From Gracilimonas sp. (lineage in GTDB: Bacteria; Bacteroidota; Rhodothermia; Balneolales; Balneolaceae), in assembly GCF_035704785.1 (NCBI RefSeq), contig NZ_DASSWP010000030.1:17112-81111 (forward strand): a DNA stretch of 64,000 nt. Reading direction: 5' to 3'. Position numbers and translations under genes: made by a program. Positions 1-9,951 of the stretch are shown here, piece after piece (position 1 is the stretch's first letter; each line of letters begins with the position of its first letter). A model generated the notes under the pieces. The model was not told where the DNA came from. It saw only the letters and a program-made list of their open reading frames with translations, and made no database searches.

Positions 1-38
1 AGGCAATCGAGTTTGATTAAGCAATGGGACTAAGTGAC

Positions 39-61
39 CCCAACGGAATCGTCGGGAACGA
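39..61. repeat. Degenerate REP-like hairpin (CCCAACG-GAAT-CGTCGGGAACGA)
   Basis: Imperfect inverted repeat; same motif and orientation as the copy at 990-1015. Confidence 0.45.
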
Positions 62-125
62 TCATAAATTACTTACATTGCTTGAATAAAATTAAAACAG
101 CCCAACTCATTTACAGTTTTTCTTA

Positions 126-956
126 ATGAATTTACTTTTTAGCCTATTCCTTTCTGCCATGAATACTATGAGCGTTGAGATCATGATCCTCTTGCTCATC
201 ATTGCGTTGGTGGGGGGAGTCTGTATTACTACTATTGGTCCGGGCGGTATTTTTGTAACCATCGCCCTTTTTGCCCTGCTCCCCCTTAATCCAAGTACCG
301 TAGCTGGTACTGCAAGTGCTACTCTCATTGCCACGGGTATTGTAGGAAGTTTGGGATATCTGCGTTCGGGTGAATTGAAAGGGAAGATTGCCGGAAAAGC
401 AGCCGGTGGTTTGAGTTTGGCATCTGTGATCGGTGCTTTTGCTGGATCTCAGATCAATACCTTATTAAATGCTTCTACTTTCGCTGTACTGTTGGGACTG
501 TTTGTGTTATTCACCGGAATTTTGATCCTCTACCGACAGAAGAAACAGCTTAAACCTGATAGCCGGCTACAGATCGATTCTTCCAAAGGTCTGGCATGGC
601 TGGGCGGAGTAGGTATTGCCGTAGGATTGCCGAGTGGATTGCTTGGCGTGGGTGGACCTGTTCTCGCAGTTCCGTTGATGGTAGTACTTGGTGTACCTAT
701 GTTACTCTCTGTTGCCCTTGCTCAGGTTCAATCCATTTTCATCTCAGGCTTTGCCACAGCTGGATATATGATACATGGCGCAGTGGATTGGTATCTCGCT
801 CTCTTCCTGACGGTGCCTTTATTGATAGGAACCATCTCCGGGTGGTATATTGCACAGCGCATTAAAGCCAGCAGGCTGAAGGTATCACTAGCGATTGTTC
901 TCATCGCCCTCGGAATATATCTCGTAGCCGGCGGTGCTACTCCGGGTGGGGCTTGA
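126..956 (+). CDS. Sulfite exporter TauE/SafE family membrane protein
   Basis: About 8 hydrophobic helices in two repeats, with TauE-type GPGG and GLLGVGGPVLAVP motifs. Confidence 0.85.
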   Translation: MNLLFSLFLSAMNTMSVEIMILLLIIALVGGVCITTIGPGGIFVTIALFALLPLNPSTVAGTASATLIATGIVGSLGYLRSGELKGKIAGKAAGGLSLASVIGAFAGSQINTLLNASTFAVLLGLFVLFTGILILYRQKKQLKPDSRLQIDSSKGLAWLGGVGIAVGLPSGLLGVGGPVLAVPLMVVLGVPMLLSVALAQVQSIFISGFATAGYMIHGAVDWYLALFLTVPLLIGTISGWYIAQRIKASRLKVSLAIVLIALGIYLVAGGATPGGA

Positions 957-989
957 CTAGCCATTGGGACCGGGTGGTCTCGACTAGCA

Positions 990-1015
990 TTCCCAACGGG
1001 GTCGTTGGGAACGAG
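990..1015. repeat. REP-like hairpin TTCCCAACG-GGGT-CGTTGGGAACGAG
   Basis: Perfect 9-bp stem (990-998/1003-1011) between convergent genes; preceded by a weaker GGGACC-GGGT-GGTCTC hairpin. Confidence 0.6.
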
Positions 1016-1089
1016 GGAAAGTCATCCTCAGGGTGAAGCTTGATCAAATCCTTCTCCCTTTGATGTACCTTGTTCGATGTTGGAAGTTC

Positions 1090-1659
1090 CTACCCCCAGA
1101 TCTTCAACATAAAGAAAACTATTACGCCAGTTACCGAAACATATAACCAAATTGGAAAAGTCCACCGGGAGACTTTTTTATGGGTTTTAAATTTCCCGCT
1201 CAAGGAAAAGTAAAAACTGGCCAGCACCAGCGGTACCACAAAAACAGAAAGAATAATGTGACTTATCAATATTATAAAGTAGACAGGCCTTACAAATCCC
1301 TCTCCCATGAACTTAGTATCTCCAACAAAATGATGATACACTACATAGCTCACCAGAAATAAAGAGGAAGTCACAAAGGCCGCCAGATTGAAACGCATGT
1401 GCTTCTGGAAATCACGCCGTTTGATCTCACGAAAGGCAAGCAGGAGAAATATGGTACTCAATGAATTCAAACCTGCATTTACTGCCGATAGATTTTTGAT
1501 CCAAGGTACAGGAGTTTCAGCTCCCTCCTTAAAATAGATAAGCCAGAACAAGAAAAGTACAGCAATAGCGCTGATCCCTATTATTAAAGACAAGGCTTTT
1601 TTCGCACTGATCTGTTCTAATATTTTGGAAGATTCAGGAAGAGTATAATTTTCATTCAT
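1090..1659 (-). CDS. DUF420 family membrane protein (often linked to oxidase clusters)
   Basis: NAGLNSLS...H.KHM, FLVSYVVYH, HIILS, HKKVSRWTFPIWLYVSVTGV motifs. Confidence 0.9.
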   Translation of the reverse strand: MNENYTLPESSKILEQISAKKALSLIIGISAIAVLFLFWLIYFKEGAETPVPWIKNLSAVNAGLNSLSTIFLLLAFREIKRRDFQKHMRFNLAAFVTSSLFLVSYVVYHHFVGDTKFMGEGFVRPVYFIILISHIILSVFVVPLVLASFYFSLSGKFKTHKKVSRWTFPIWLYVSVTGVIVFFMLKIWG

Positions 1660-1876
1660 TGTTTTTTGCTTCTATATGGTTGCTAACCAAAGGTAAGGCA
1701 ACAAAAAGAGAATTCGTTAATTTTTCGTTTCCTTTCTCGGCATTTTTGTCAAATGTGTACTATCTTTTCAGCCATTGAATCCCACGCGGATTCTCAAGTC
1801 ACCGCCAGCCTATTTAGAATTGTTTTAAATAATAGGTTGTTTGTCCTTTTTGTTCAATTTCCATTGAAAAAATTGA

Positions 1877-1884
1877 TAGATTTG
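1877..1884 (+). promoter_or_regulatory. Candidate Bacteroidota-type -7 promoter element (TAGATTTG) for the act-cox operon
   Basis: Matches the TAnnTTTG consensus, 59 nt upstream of the actA start; -33 spacing is not ideal. Confidence 0.45.
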
Positions 1885-1942
1885 CGCGGCTTCTGAACTG
1901 GAGCTTTATTGCTCTATACGTAAACCTAAATAAGCAATCTTT

Positions 1943-2587
1943 ATGGCGCAGATTTTCCCCAAGTGGACAAATCAGGTTCCCCGAAAAATTTTAATTGGAT
2001 TAATCGTTGTACTTAACGCACTAATTTTTGGTGTTTGGTATTTCTTTTCCCCTGAATACACTGACGTTGGCTATGCTCCGGAACAACCGGTTCCTTATAG
2101 TCATAAACTACACGTAGATCAGCTTGGGCTTGATTGTCAATATTGTCATACAAATGTTTTTGAATCAAAGTTCGCGAACATTCCTGCCACTCAAACTTGT
2201 ATGAATTGCCACAACCAGATCAAAACAGATAGTGATAAACTTGAATTGGTGCGCGAAAGTTGGGAGACTGGTAAATCCCTCGAATGGGTCCGGGTGCATA
2301 ACCTTGCTGATTATGCCTATTTCAATCACTCTGCTCACGTTACTGTAGGTGTTGGGTGTGAAAGCTGCCACGGCAGGGTCGATAAGATGGAAGTTGTGTA
2401 TCAGGCTGAGCCACTTAGCATGAGCTGGTGCCTGGATTGCCACAGGGAGCCCGAAAAATATATACGTCCCGTTGATGAAGTTACCACCATGGGATATGAA
2501 GTTGAAAATCAGCTAGAGCTTGGAAGAGAATTGGTAGAGAAGCAAAATATTCATGCTCCAACCTACTGCCAGGGTTGTCATTATTAA
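1943..2587 (+). CDS. actA: Alternative complex III pentaheme cytochrome c subunit ActA
   Basis: N-terminal TM helix plus five CxxCH motifs (CQYCH, CMNCH, CESCH, CLDCH, CQGCH); first gene of the act cluster. Confidence 0.92.
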   Translation: MAQIFPKWTNQVPRKILIGLIVVLNALIFGVWYFFSPEYTDVGYAPEQPVPYSHKLHVDQLGLDCQYCHTNVFESKFANIPATQTCMNCHNQIKTDSDKLELVRESWETGKSLEWVRVHNLADYAYFNHSAHVTVGVGCESCHGRVDKMEVVYQAEPLSMSWCLDCHREPEKYIRPVDEVTTMGYEVENQLELGRELVEKQNIHAPTYCQGCHY

Positions 2588-2589
2588 TA

Positions 2590-5500
2590 ATGAAGGATTC
2601 AGAAATTACAGATCAACAAATGAGCGAAGAAGTCAAAGAAAATACATATTGGAAGAGCTTAAGCGAATTAGCCAATAATAAAGAGTACCAAAAATTTGCT
2701 GAGCGTGAATTCCCTGAAAATGCCACTGAACTGACCGATGGGGTTTCCCGCCGCGGATTCCTCCGTGTTATGGGAGCTTCCGTAGCTTTGGCAGGATTGG
2801 CAGCTTGTCGCCGTCCGGTTCAAAAAATATTGCCATACTCAAAACAGCCTGAAGATGTGGTGGAAGGTGTGCCTTTATTCTATGCAACCGCCATGCCTGT
2901 TCAAGGTAATTTGGTTGGATTGATCGCTGAAAACAACGAAGGACGCCCAACCAAGCTTGAAGGAAATGACCTTCACCCTGCCAGCAAAGGCGGAAGCAGT
3001 ATTTACAATCAGGCGGCCATTCTCGGCCTTTACGACCCTGACCGCTCTCGTTTTCCCTTATATAATGGGAATAAAGCTTCCCTAGAAGATTTTGAAGCGT
3101 TCGCAAGTTCTCATTTTGCAAATACCAGTCAGCGGATCGCTTTTATTTCTGAAGCCAATTCCTCTCCTACCTATAATAGTATAAAGGAGCAGGCGCTTTC
3201 GAAATTCAACAATGCTACCTGGGTTACTTACGAACCTTTCGGTGAAGATAATGTACTTGAAGGGAATAATATTGCTTTCGGAAGCAGGTTACGCGCTTAT
3301 TACAATTTTGAAAGTGCAGATGTCATTGTCTCCCTGGATGATGACTTCATGAGCTCGACACATCCAAACAGTGTTGACTATGCCAAGCAGGTTTCGGCTC
3401 GCAGAAAGGTGACCGATACCAATGGTGAAATGAATCGTATCTACGCCGTAGAAGATTCTTTCTCCCTCACCGGTTCTTATGCTGATCATCGTTTAAAGAT
3501 CAAGGCCAGCCAAATGGAGGGATTTACCTATGCTCTCGCTGCCGCGCTTTCCACCCGAATTAATGGGTTAAATACTTTCAACGGATATAGCAACGAATTT
3601 TCTGATCATCGATGGATCACCGTTCTTGCCGATGAGTTGGCAGCAAACGCCGGAAGTTCTACTCTGTCAGCAGGAGCTCAGCATAAACCTGAAATACACG
3701 CCGCAGTGGCAGCGATCAATCAGGCCTTAGGTAATGTTGGAAACACGGTTAGCTACCTTGAAATTCCTTATACCGATGCACAGAGCAGCACCGCAGCTTT
3801 CCAAGAGGTGGTAGCTGAAATGAAAGCCGGCAATATTGATACGGTTGTTATGGTTGGTGTGAATCCTGTTTACACCGCTTCTGCTCTTGATTTTGGGAGC
3901 GCCCTCTCCAATGTTGAAACCGTGGTCAATCTTTCTGATTACGTAGATGAGACTGCCAAGAAATCAAACTGGCACGTAAATCATGCCCACTTCCTGGAAG
4001 CTTGGGGTGACGGATATTCTTATGGCGGAGCGCTTTCAGTTATACAGCCTCAGATTCAGCCTTTATTTAATGGGCTGAGTGGCATCGAATTTTTAAACAC
4101 TATTGTAAACGGGTCTTTGGAGCAGGGTTATTCCCTTGTTCAGGATACCTTCCGCGGATTTTTCAGCTCCGGTTTCAACAACCGCTGGACCAACATCCTG
4201 CACGATGGTATTGCCACGACGAATAATTTTAATGCCGTAAATGTACGGATAAGCTCCGATTTTGCTTCTGCAATGAATCGGGCTACATCAAATATATCTT
4301 CAACTTCGGGTATTGAAGTTGTTATTCGCCCTGATGCTACTTTATATGACGGGCGTTACGCAAACCTGGGCTGGCTTCAGGAACTTCCTGACCCCATGAC
4401 CAAGATCACTTGGGATAATGTGGCCCTTATGAGTCCTGCAATGGCAAAACGATTAGGTATAGAAAAGCCGGGTCCCGGAAATGATGCCTTTGATGTAGTT
4501 GAGATTACGGTTAATGGAAAAAGTATTGAAATTGCTGCCTGGATTCAGCCCGGTCACGTAGATGATTCCATCACTTTAACAACCGGCTATGGCCGTAAGG
4601 GAATTGGTCGCGTTGCTAGTTCTTACATTGATTACACCGCTGGCGGCGTTGATGTGTATCCGTTGAAAGCAACTTTAGATATGTTTTTTACAGCTGCTGA
4701 AGTTTCAAAAACCGGAGAAACCTACGAAATTGCCTGTGTTCAGGATCACCACAGTCTTGAAGGCCGCGATATGTATCGTCAGGCCTCCCTTTCTGAATAC
4801 AAAGAAAATCCGGACTTCGCCTCTTTTGAATCGGTTCATACTTATCCCGTTCCGGGAATGAAAGAAGCGGCCGAAATGGGTGAAGATGAGCCTATTTCAC
4901 TCTTTGACGAGCAAACCTTCCCTGATTACGAACCACAATGGGGAATGGCTATTGACCTGAACTCTTGTTTTGGTTGCGGAGTGTGTGTGATCGCTTGTCA
5001 GTCAGAGAACAATATCCCTGTGATAGGCAAGAAAGAAGTTAAACGCGGCCGTGAAATGCACTGGATAAGAAATGACCGCTATTACGTTGGTGATGATCCA
5101 AATTCACCGCAAGCCGTTCACCAGCCGGTCCCTTGCATGCACTGTGAGTTGGCTCCTTGTGAGCAGGTTTGTCCTGTTGCGGCAACCACCCACAGCCCCG
5201 ACGGCATGAACCAAATGACGTATAACCGCTGTATCGGAACTCGTTACTGCGCTAATAACTGCCCGTACAAAGTGCGTCGTTTTAATTTCTTCAACTATCC
5301 CAAAGAATATTTAACCACCGGTGACGATCCCGATATCATCCAAATGGCGATGAACCCGGAAGTTACCGTACGTTTCCGCGGTGTAATGGAAAAATGTACG
5401 TATTGCGTGCAGCGTGTTAACCGTGCTAAAATTAAAGCCAAGATAGAAACCGGTTCAGTAATACCGCCGGACGGTGCAGTTAAAACAGCTTGTCAACAAG

Positions 5501-5667
5501 CTTGCCCTGCCGATGCCATATACTTTGGTGACATATCCGACGAAGATACCGAAGTTGCCAAAATGAAACGCAATCCACGAAACTATCAGATGCTCGAGGA
5601 ACTCAATACACGTCCGAGAACATCATATGTAGCTAAACTTACGAACCCGAACCCAGCTTTGGCTTAA
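2590..5667 (+). CDS. actB: Alternative complex III subunit ActB (molybdopterin-oxidoreductase-like domain plus Fe-S domain)
   Basis: YWKSL N-terminus, Tat motif SRRGFL, lipobox LAAC, C-terminal ferredoxin Cys clusters (CFGCGVCVIAC, CMHCELAPCEQVCP, CIGTRYCANNCP); start could be 2590 or 2620. Confidence 0.93.
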   Translation: MKDSEITDQQMSEEVKENTYWKSLSELANNKEYQKFAEREFPENATELTDGVSRRGFLRVMGASVALAGLAACRRPVQKILPYSKQPEDVVEGVPLFYATAMPVQGNLVGLIAENNEGRPTKLEGNDLHPASKGGSSIYNQAAILGLYDPDRSRFPLYNGNKASLEDFEAFASSHFANTSQRIAFISEANSSPTYNSIKEQALSKFNNATWVTYEPFGEDNVLEGNNIAFGSRLRAYYNFESADVIVSLDDDFMSSTHPNSVDYAKQVSARRKVTDTNGEMNRIYAVEDSFSLTGSYADHRLKIKASQMEGFTYALAAALSTRINGLNTFNGYSNEFSDHRWITVLADELAANAGSSTLSAGAQHKPEIHAAVAAINQALGNVGNTVSYLEIPYTDAQSSTAAFQEVVAEMKAGNIDTVVMVGVNPVYTASALDFGSALSNVETVVNLSDYVDETAKKSNWHVNHAHFLEAWGDGYSYGGALSVIQPQIQPLFNGLSGIEFLNTIVNGSLEQGYSLVQDTFRGFFSSGFNNRWTNILHDGIATTNNFNAVNVRISSDFASAMNRATSNISSTSGIEVVIRPDATLYDGRYANLGWLQELPDPMTKITWDNVALMSPAMAKRLGIEKPGPGNDAFDVVEITVNGKSIEIAAWIQPGHVDDSITLTTGYGRKGIGRVASSYIDYTAGGVDVYPLKATLDMFFTAAEVSKTGETYEIACVQDHHSLEGRDMYRQASLSEYKENPDFASFESVHTYPVPGMKEAAEMGEDEPISLFDEQTFPDYEPQWGMAIDLNSCFGCGVCVIACQSENNIPVIGKKEVKRGREMHWIRNDRYYVGDDPNSPQAVHQPVPCMHCELAPCEQVCPVAATTHSPDGMNQMTYNRCIGTRYCANNCPYKVRRFNFFNYPKEYLTTGDDPDIIQMAMNPEVTVRFRGVMEKCTYCVQRVNRAKIKAKIETGSVIPPDGAVKTACQQACPADAIYFGDISDEDTEVAKMKRNPRNYQMLEELNTRPRTSYVAKLTNPNPALA

Positions 5668-5694
5668 GATATTAATCAGGAATACATCCAAAAC

Positions 5695-7122
5695 ATGAGT
5701 AAATACCAATACGTACCGGAACCCACTCTTGTAAAAGGCGATCACGACTTTGCGAGCCTTACACGACTGGTTACTGATATTAATTTACGACCCACTCCCA
5801 AAGCATGGTACTTATGCATGATCGGGGCTAATGCCCTGCTTATGGTTATGGTTGTGGCCATTGGGTATCTAATTTGGGAGGGAACCGGAATCTGGGGCCT
5901 TAACAATCCTATTGGTTGGGGTTGGGCTATCATCAACTTTGTATGGTGGGTTGGTATTGGCCACGCCGGAACGTTGATCTCAGCTATCCTTTTCCTATTC
6001 CGACAGGACTGGCGTACTGCCATTAACCGTTTTGCGGAAGCGATGACCATCTTTGCGGTAATGTGTGCCGGAGTATTTCCGGCCATTCACGTTGGACGTA
6101 TCTGGGCTATCTACTGGGTATTCCCAATTCCTAACCAAATGGCTATGTGGCCCAACTTCAACTCTCCCCTTCTTTGGGATGTGTTTGCCGTTTCTACATA
6201 CTTCACCGTATCCTTTTTGTTCTGGTACGTTGGCTTGGTTCCCGATCTTGCTACCATCCGCGACCGTGCCACTGATAAGGTTCGAAAGGTTGCTTATGGA
6301 ATCTTCGCTTTAGGCTGGACCGGCTCAAACCGCCACTGGTGGAATTATGAAAAAGCATACATGATCTTAGCCGGATTAGCTACTCCACTGGTACTTTCTG
6401 TTCACACTATCGTATCCTTTGACTTTGCTGTTTCTTTGATACCGGGCTGGCACACCACCATCTTCCCTCCATATTTCGTTGCCGGGGCTATTTTCTCCGG
6501 TTTTGCAATGGTGCTTACGCTGATGATCGTTGCCCGCAAGATCTACGGAATGAAGGATATCATGACCGATGATCACATGGAGAAAATGAATATTGTGATA
6601 TTGGTTACCGGCTCCATGGTAGGTTTTGCCTATATGATGGAATTCTTCATCGCCTGGTATAGTGGCGTTGAATACGAAAAAGCTATTTTTATACTGAGAG
6701 CAACCGGTCCTTATGCATGGGCTTACTGGGCTATGATGACCTGTAACGTGCTCTCTCCTCAGTTCTTCTGGTCTAAGAAATTACGCCGCAGTGTCGGGTT
6801 CACTTTCTTTATCTCTATTGTGGTAAATATCGGTATGTGGTTTGAACGATTTGTAATTACAGTTACTTCACTGGCAAACGATTACCTGCCATCAAGCTGG
6901 GGTTATTATTCCCCTACTATCTGGGATGTTTTGACTTACGTTGGAACATTCGGCCTCTTTTTCACCATGTTCCTGCTGTTCCTGCGCTTCCTTCCAATGG
7001 TTGCACTTGCAGAGATCAAAGCGGTAATACCACAAGCCGATCCTCATAACTATGATGAGGAAACCGGTGAATTCCATAAGCCAAAAATAGAAGTACCGAA
7101 ACCTCAATCTGGGAAGGTTTAA
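5695..7122 (+). CDS. actC: Alternative complex III quinol-binding subunit ActC (NrfD/PsrC family)
   Basis: [41 protein letters not shown] motifs. Confidence 0.93.
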   Translation: MSKYQYVPEPTLVKGDHDFASLTRLVTDINLRPTPKAWYLCMIGANALLMVMVVAIGYLIWEGTGIWGLNNPIGWGWAIINFVWWVGIGHAGTLISAILFLFRQDWRTAINRFAEAMTIFAVMCAGVFPAIHVGRIWAIYWVFPIPNQMAMWPNFNSPLLWDVFAVSTYFTVSFLFWYVGLVPDLATIRDRATDKVRKVAYGIFALGWTGSNRHWWNYEKAYMILAGLATPLVLSVHTIVSFDFAVSLIPGWHTTIFPPYFVAGAIFSGFAMVLTLMIVARKIYGMKDIMTDDHMEKMNIVILVTGSMVGFAYMMEFFIAWYSGVEYEKAIFILRATGPYAWAYWAMMTCNVLSPQFFWSKKLRRSVGFTFFISIVVNIGMWFERFVITVTSLANDYLPSSWGYYSPTIWDVLTYVGTFGLFFTMFLLFLRFLPMVALAEIKAVIPQADPHNYDEETGEFHKPKIEVPKPQSGKV

Positions 7123-7127
7123 CAATT

Positions 7128-7673
7128 ATGAGTACGACTGATCAAAATAATTTATACGGAATTGTTGCTGAGTTTAAAACTCCTAAGCAACTTATTGATA
7201 TTGCCAAAAAAATGGTGGAATCAGGCTACAACAATTTTGATACCTTCAGCCCTTTCCCCATTCATGGAATGGATAAAGCCATGAAACTTAAAAAATCGAA
7301 ATTGGGCTGGATTGTACTTATATGTGGTTTAATCGGTTTTACCGGTGCTATCGCCATGATGTATTATATGGCTGTAGTTGACTATCCGATGAACATTAGC
7401 GGTAAGCCATTTTTCAATGCACCCGCCTGGGTTCCCATCACTTTTGAATTGACCGTATTGCTATCATCTTTTGGCGCTGTATTTGGGATGTTTTACCTGA
7501 ATGGGCTTCCAAAGCTTAACAATCCTCTTTTTAATGTAGAACGCTTTAAAAAAGTAACTGATGATAAATTCTTTGCCTGCATCGAAGCTGACGATGATAA
7601 ATTTGAAGCTGACGAAGTAAAGAAACTGTTTAAGGAAGCCGGAGCTACCCATATCGAGGAAGTTTATGAATAA
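7128..7673 (+). CDS. actD: Alternative complex III subunit ActD (DUF3341)
   Basis: DTFSPFPIHGMD and PITFELTVL motifs; two TM helices. Confidence 0.9.
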   Translation: MSTTDQNNLYGIVAEFKTPKQLIDIAKKMVESGYNNFDTFSPFPIHGMDKAMKLKKSKLGWIVLICGLIGFTGAIAMMYYMAVVDYPMNISGKPFFNAPAWVPITFELTVLLSSFGAVFGMFYLNGLPKLNNPLFNVERFKKVTDDKFFACIEADDDKFEADEVKKLFKEAGATHIEEVYE

Positions 7674-8703
7674 AAAGAACACGCAAATATCATTTCCAGG
7701 AATGAATTTTAAAGGAATGTTTAAGATTGCGGGCATTGTTGCGCTCGGAGTCTCCCTCTCGGCTTGTCAGGGGCAGCTTTCAGAAAAGCCGCCTATCCAT
7801 CCCAATATGAACATGGATCAACAGCCTAGAAAAGAAGCTCAGGAAGTTAACAATTTCTTTGCAGACGGCCGGTCCATGCGCCCCCCTGTAAAAGGGACTG
7901 TTGCTCGCGGATTAGCAAAATTAGATACCGAATATTACGAAGGCGTTGATGAGAACGGAGAATATATCGAACGTATTCCGGTTGATCTCACCCGATCTTT
8001 CCTATATCGGGGTAAAGAACGCTATGAAATTTTTTGCACTCCTTGTCACGGCCAAACCGGTGCGGGTAATGGTATTATCATGGAGGGAAATTATGGATAT
8101 GTTCCGGCTCCTTCCTACCATGATCAACGTGTGAGAAACCTTTCGGATGGCGAACTTTATTCCGCTATTTATAACGGTGTGCGAACCATGCCTTCTTATG
8201 CTAGCCAAATTGATGTTGAAGACCGATGGGCCATTGTAGCTTATATCCGTGCGCTTCAGGAAAGCCAGAATATCAGTGAGGAGGAACTGCAACAGTATGA
8301 TGTTGATATCGCTTCCCTGAATTCAAAAGCAGCTGAAGAACAAGCAGTAGCTGATTCTATTGCAGCTGCCCGGGAAGCCAGTTCAAAAGGACAGGAACCG
8401 ACTATCGAACTTGGGCAGGAAGCTATAACAGCCAATGCCTGTGGAACCTGCCACAGTGAAGACGGTACAGCCGGCATCGGACCAACATGGGCCGGATTAT
8501 TCGGAAGTGAAGGTGAGGTTATCACCGAGGGTGGTGAAACCATTACTGTAACAAAAGATGAAGACTACATTCGGGAATCGATTGTTGAGCCGAACGCCAA
8601 GAAACCTGTTGATTTTGCTCAGGGCGTGATGGCCTCCTACAGTTACCTATCTGATGTTGAGATAGAATCCATTATCCTGTACATAAAAAATCTTGAAAAC
8701 TAA
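7666..8703 (+). CDS. actE: Alternative complex III cytochrome c lipoprotein ActE with a second C-terminal cytochrome c domain
   Basis: Lipobox LSAC; MDQQPRK..MRPPVKGTVARG; CTPCH and a second CGTCH; position between actD and actF. Confidence 0.88.
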   Translation: MNKKNTQISFPGMNFKGMFKIAGIVALGVSLSACQGQLSEKPPIHPNMNMDQQPRKEAQEVNNFFADGRSMRPPVKGTVARGLAKLDTEYYEGVDENGEYIERIPVDLTRSFLYRGKERYEIFCTPCHGQTGAGNGIIMEGNYGYVPAPSYHDQRVRNLSDGELYSAIYNGVRTMPSYASQIDVEDRWAIVAYIRALQESQNISEEELQQYDVDIASLNSKAAEEQAVADSIAAAREASSKGQEPTIELGQEAITANACGTCHSEDGTAGIGPTWAGLFGSEGEVITEGGETITVTKDEDYIRESIVEPNAKKPVDFAQGVMASYSYLSDVEIESIILYIKNLEN

Positions 8704-8728
8704 GAACTTTGCTTAATTCACTTACACA

Positions 8729-9940
8729 ATGAGTCATAAGCCTACAATAACAGATTCTTTACAATTTCCAGCTGACAGCAAAGTTCCTCGTGCCTTATTT
8801 GGGATCGGTACAGTTGGTCTTATTGCTACCATTATAGGTTACTTCTTTGATGCCAATCAGTTTTTCTTTTCGTACTTAGTCAGCTTTACTTTTTTTACAG
8901 GCATAGCATTAGCCGCATTGATCATGGTTATGCTTCACCATATTACCCGTTCCAGCTGGGGAGTTCTTTTTAGACGAATTGCAGAAACTTTATCCGCCAA
9001 TTTATGGATATGGGCTATTTTTATCCTTCCGGTGATTCTCGGTATCCATAATCTATACCACTGGAGTCACCCCGAACTGTTGGACTACTCAAGCTCCGAG
9101 TTTGACAAGATCATATCCGGTAAATCGGCTTACCTGAATTCAACTTTTTTCATCATCCGCCAGGTCATCTATTTTGTGATCTGGGGATATTTGGGCTATA
9201 AGCTTCACAAGGTATCCGTTGAAATGGACAAAACCGATGACTGGGGTCTGACATATTTACTTCGAAAAGTAAGTGCCCCCGGCATCTTGCTATTTGCACT
9301 TACTGTAGCTTTTGCAAGTTTCGATTGGTTGATGTCGCTTGATCCCCACTGGTTCTCTACCATGTTCGGCGTGTATTTCTTTGCGATCAGCTTCCAGGCA
9401 TTATGGCCTGTAATGATCTTACTTGTGTTTTATATGCAGCGGAAAGGACTTCTTGCCAATACTATTCGTCAAGTGCATATCTACGATCTGGGTGCCTGGT
9501 TCTTTGCCTTCACCATATTTTACGCTTATATCGCTTTTAGTCAGTTTTTACTTATTTATTACGCGAATATTCCGGAGGAAACCATTTGGTATTTCCATAG
9601 ATTGGAAGGCGGATGGGAGTTTATAGCGTACAGCTTGTTAATCTTCCGCTTTGCCGTGCCTTTCCTGATTCTCCTGAATCGTGAGGCCAAAAAGAATAGA
9701 ACCATTCTTGGTGGAGTTTCAGTATTGGTACTCATTATTCACTTTGCAGAAATTTATTGGATAGCGATGCCGGCTTTGTACGACCATGGCATTAGCTTCA
9801 GTTGGATGGATATCACAGCCTTTCTTGGATTAGGAGGCCTGTTCTTTGGATTATTCTTCCATACTTTCAAGAAACACAGCATGGTTCCAGAAAATGATCC
9901 TAAATTGGATGACTGTCTCTCTAAATCGTATCATCAATAA
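8729..9940 (+). CDS. actF: Alternative complex III membrane subunit ActF
   Basis: About 10 TM helices; FASFDWLMSLDPHWFSTMFG and YIAFSQFLLIYYANIPEET motifs. Confidence 0.9.
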   Translation: MSHKPTITDSLQFPADSKVPRALFGIGTVGLIATIIGYFFDANQFFFSYLVSFTFFTGIALAALIMVMLHHITRSSWGVLFRRIAETLSANLWIWAIFILPVILGIHNLYHWSHPELLDYSSSEFDKIISGKSAYLNSTFFIIRQVIYFVIWGYLGYKLHKVSVEMDKTDDWGLTYLLRKVSAPGILLFALTVAFASFDWLMSLDPHWFSTMFGVYFFAISFQALWPVMILLVFYMQRKGLLANTIRQVHIYDLGAWFFAFTIFYAYIAFSQFLLIYYANIPEETIWYFHRLEGGWEFIAYSLLIFRFAVPFLILLNREAKKNRTILGGVSVLVLIIHFAEIYWIAMPALYDHGISFSWMDITAFLGLGGLFFGLFFHTFKKHSMVPENDPKLDDCLSKSYHQ

Positions 9941-9951
9941 TCGAATTACCG

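Noticed and set aside
1853-1868. TTCAAT-N4-ATTGAA palindrome in the act promoter as an FNR or Rex site
   Set aside because: Does not match TTGAT-N4-ATCAA or TTGTGAA-N4-TTCACAA; AT-rich and single, so unsupported without conservation data
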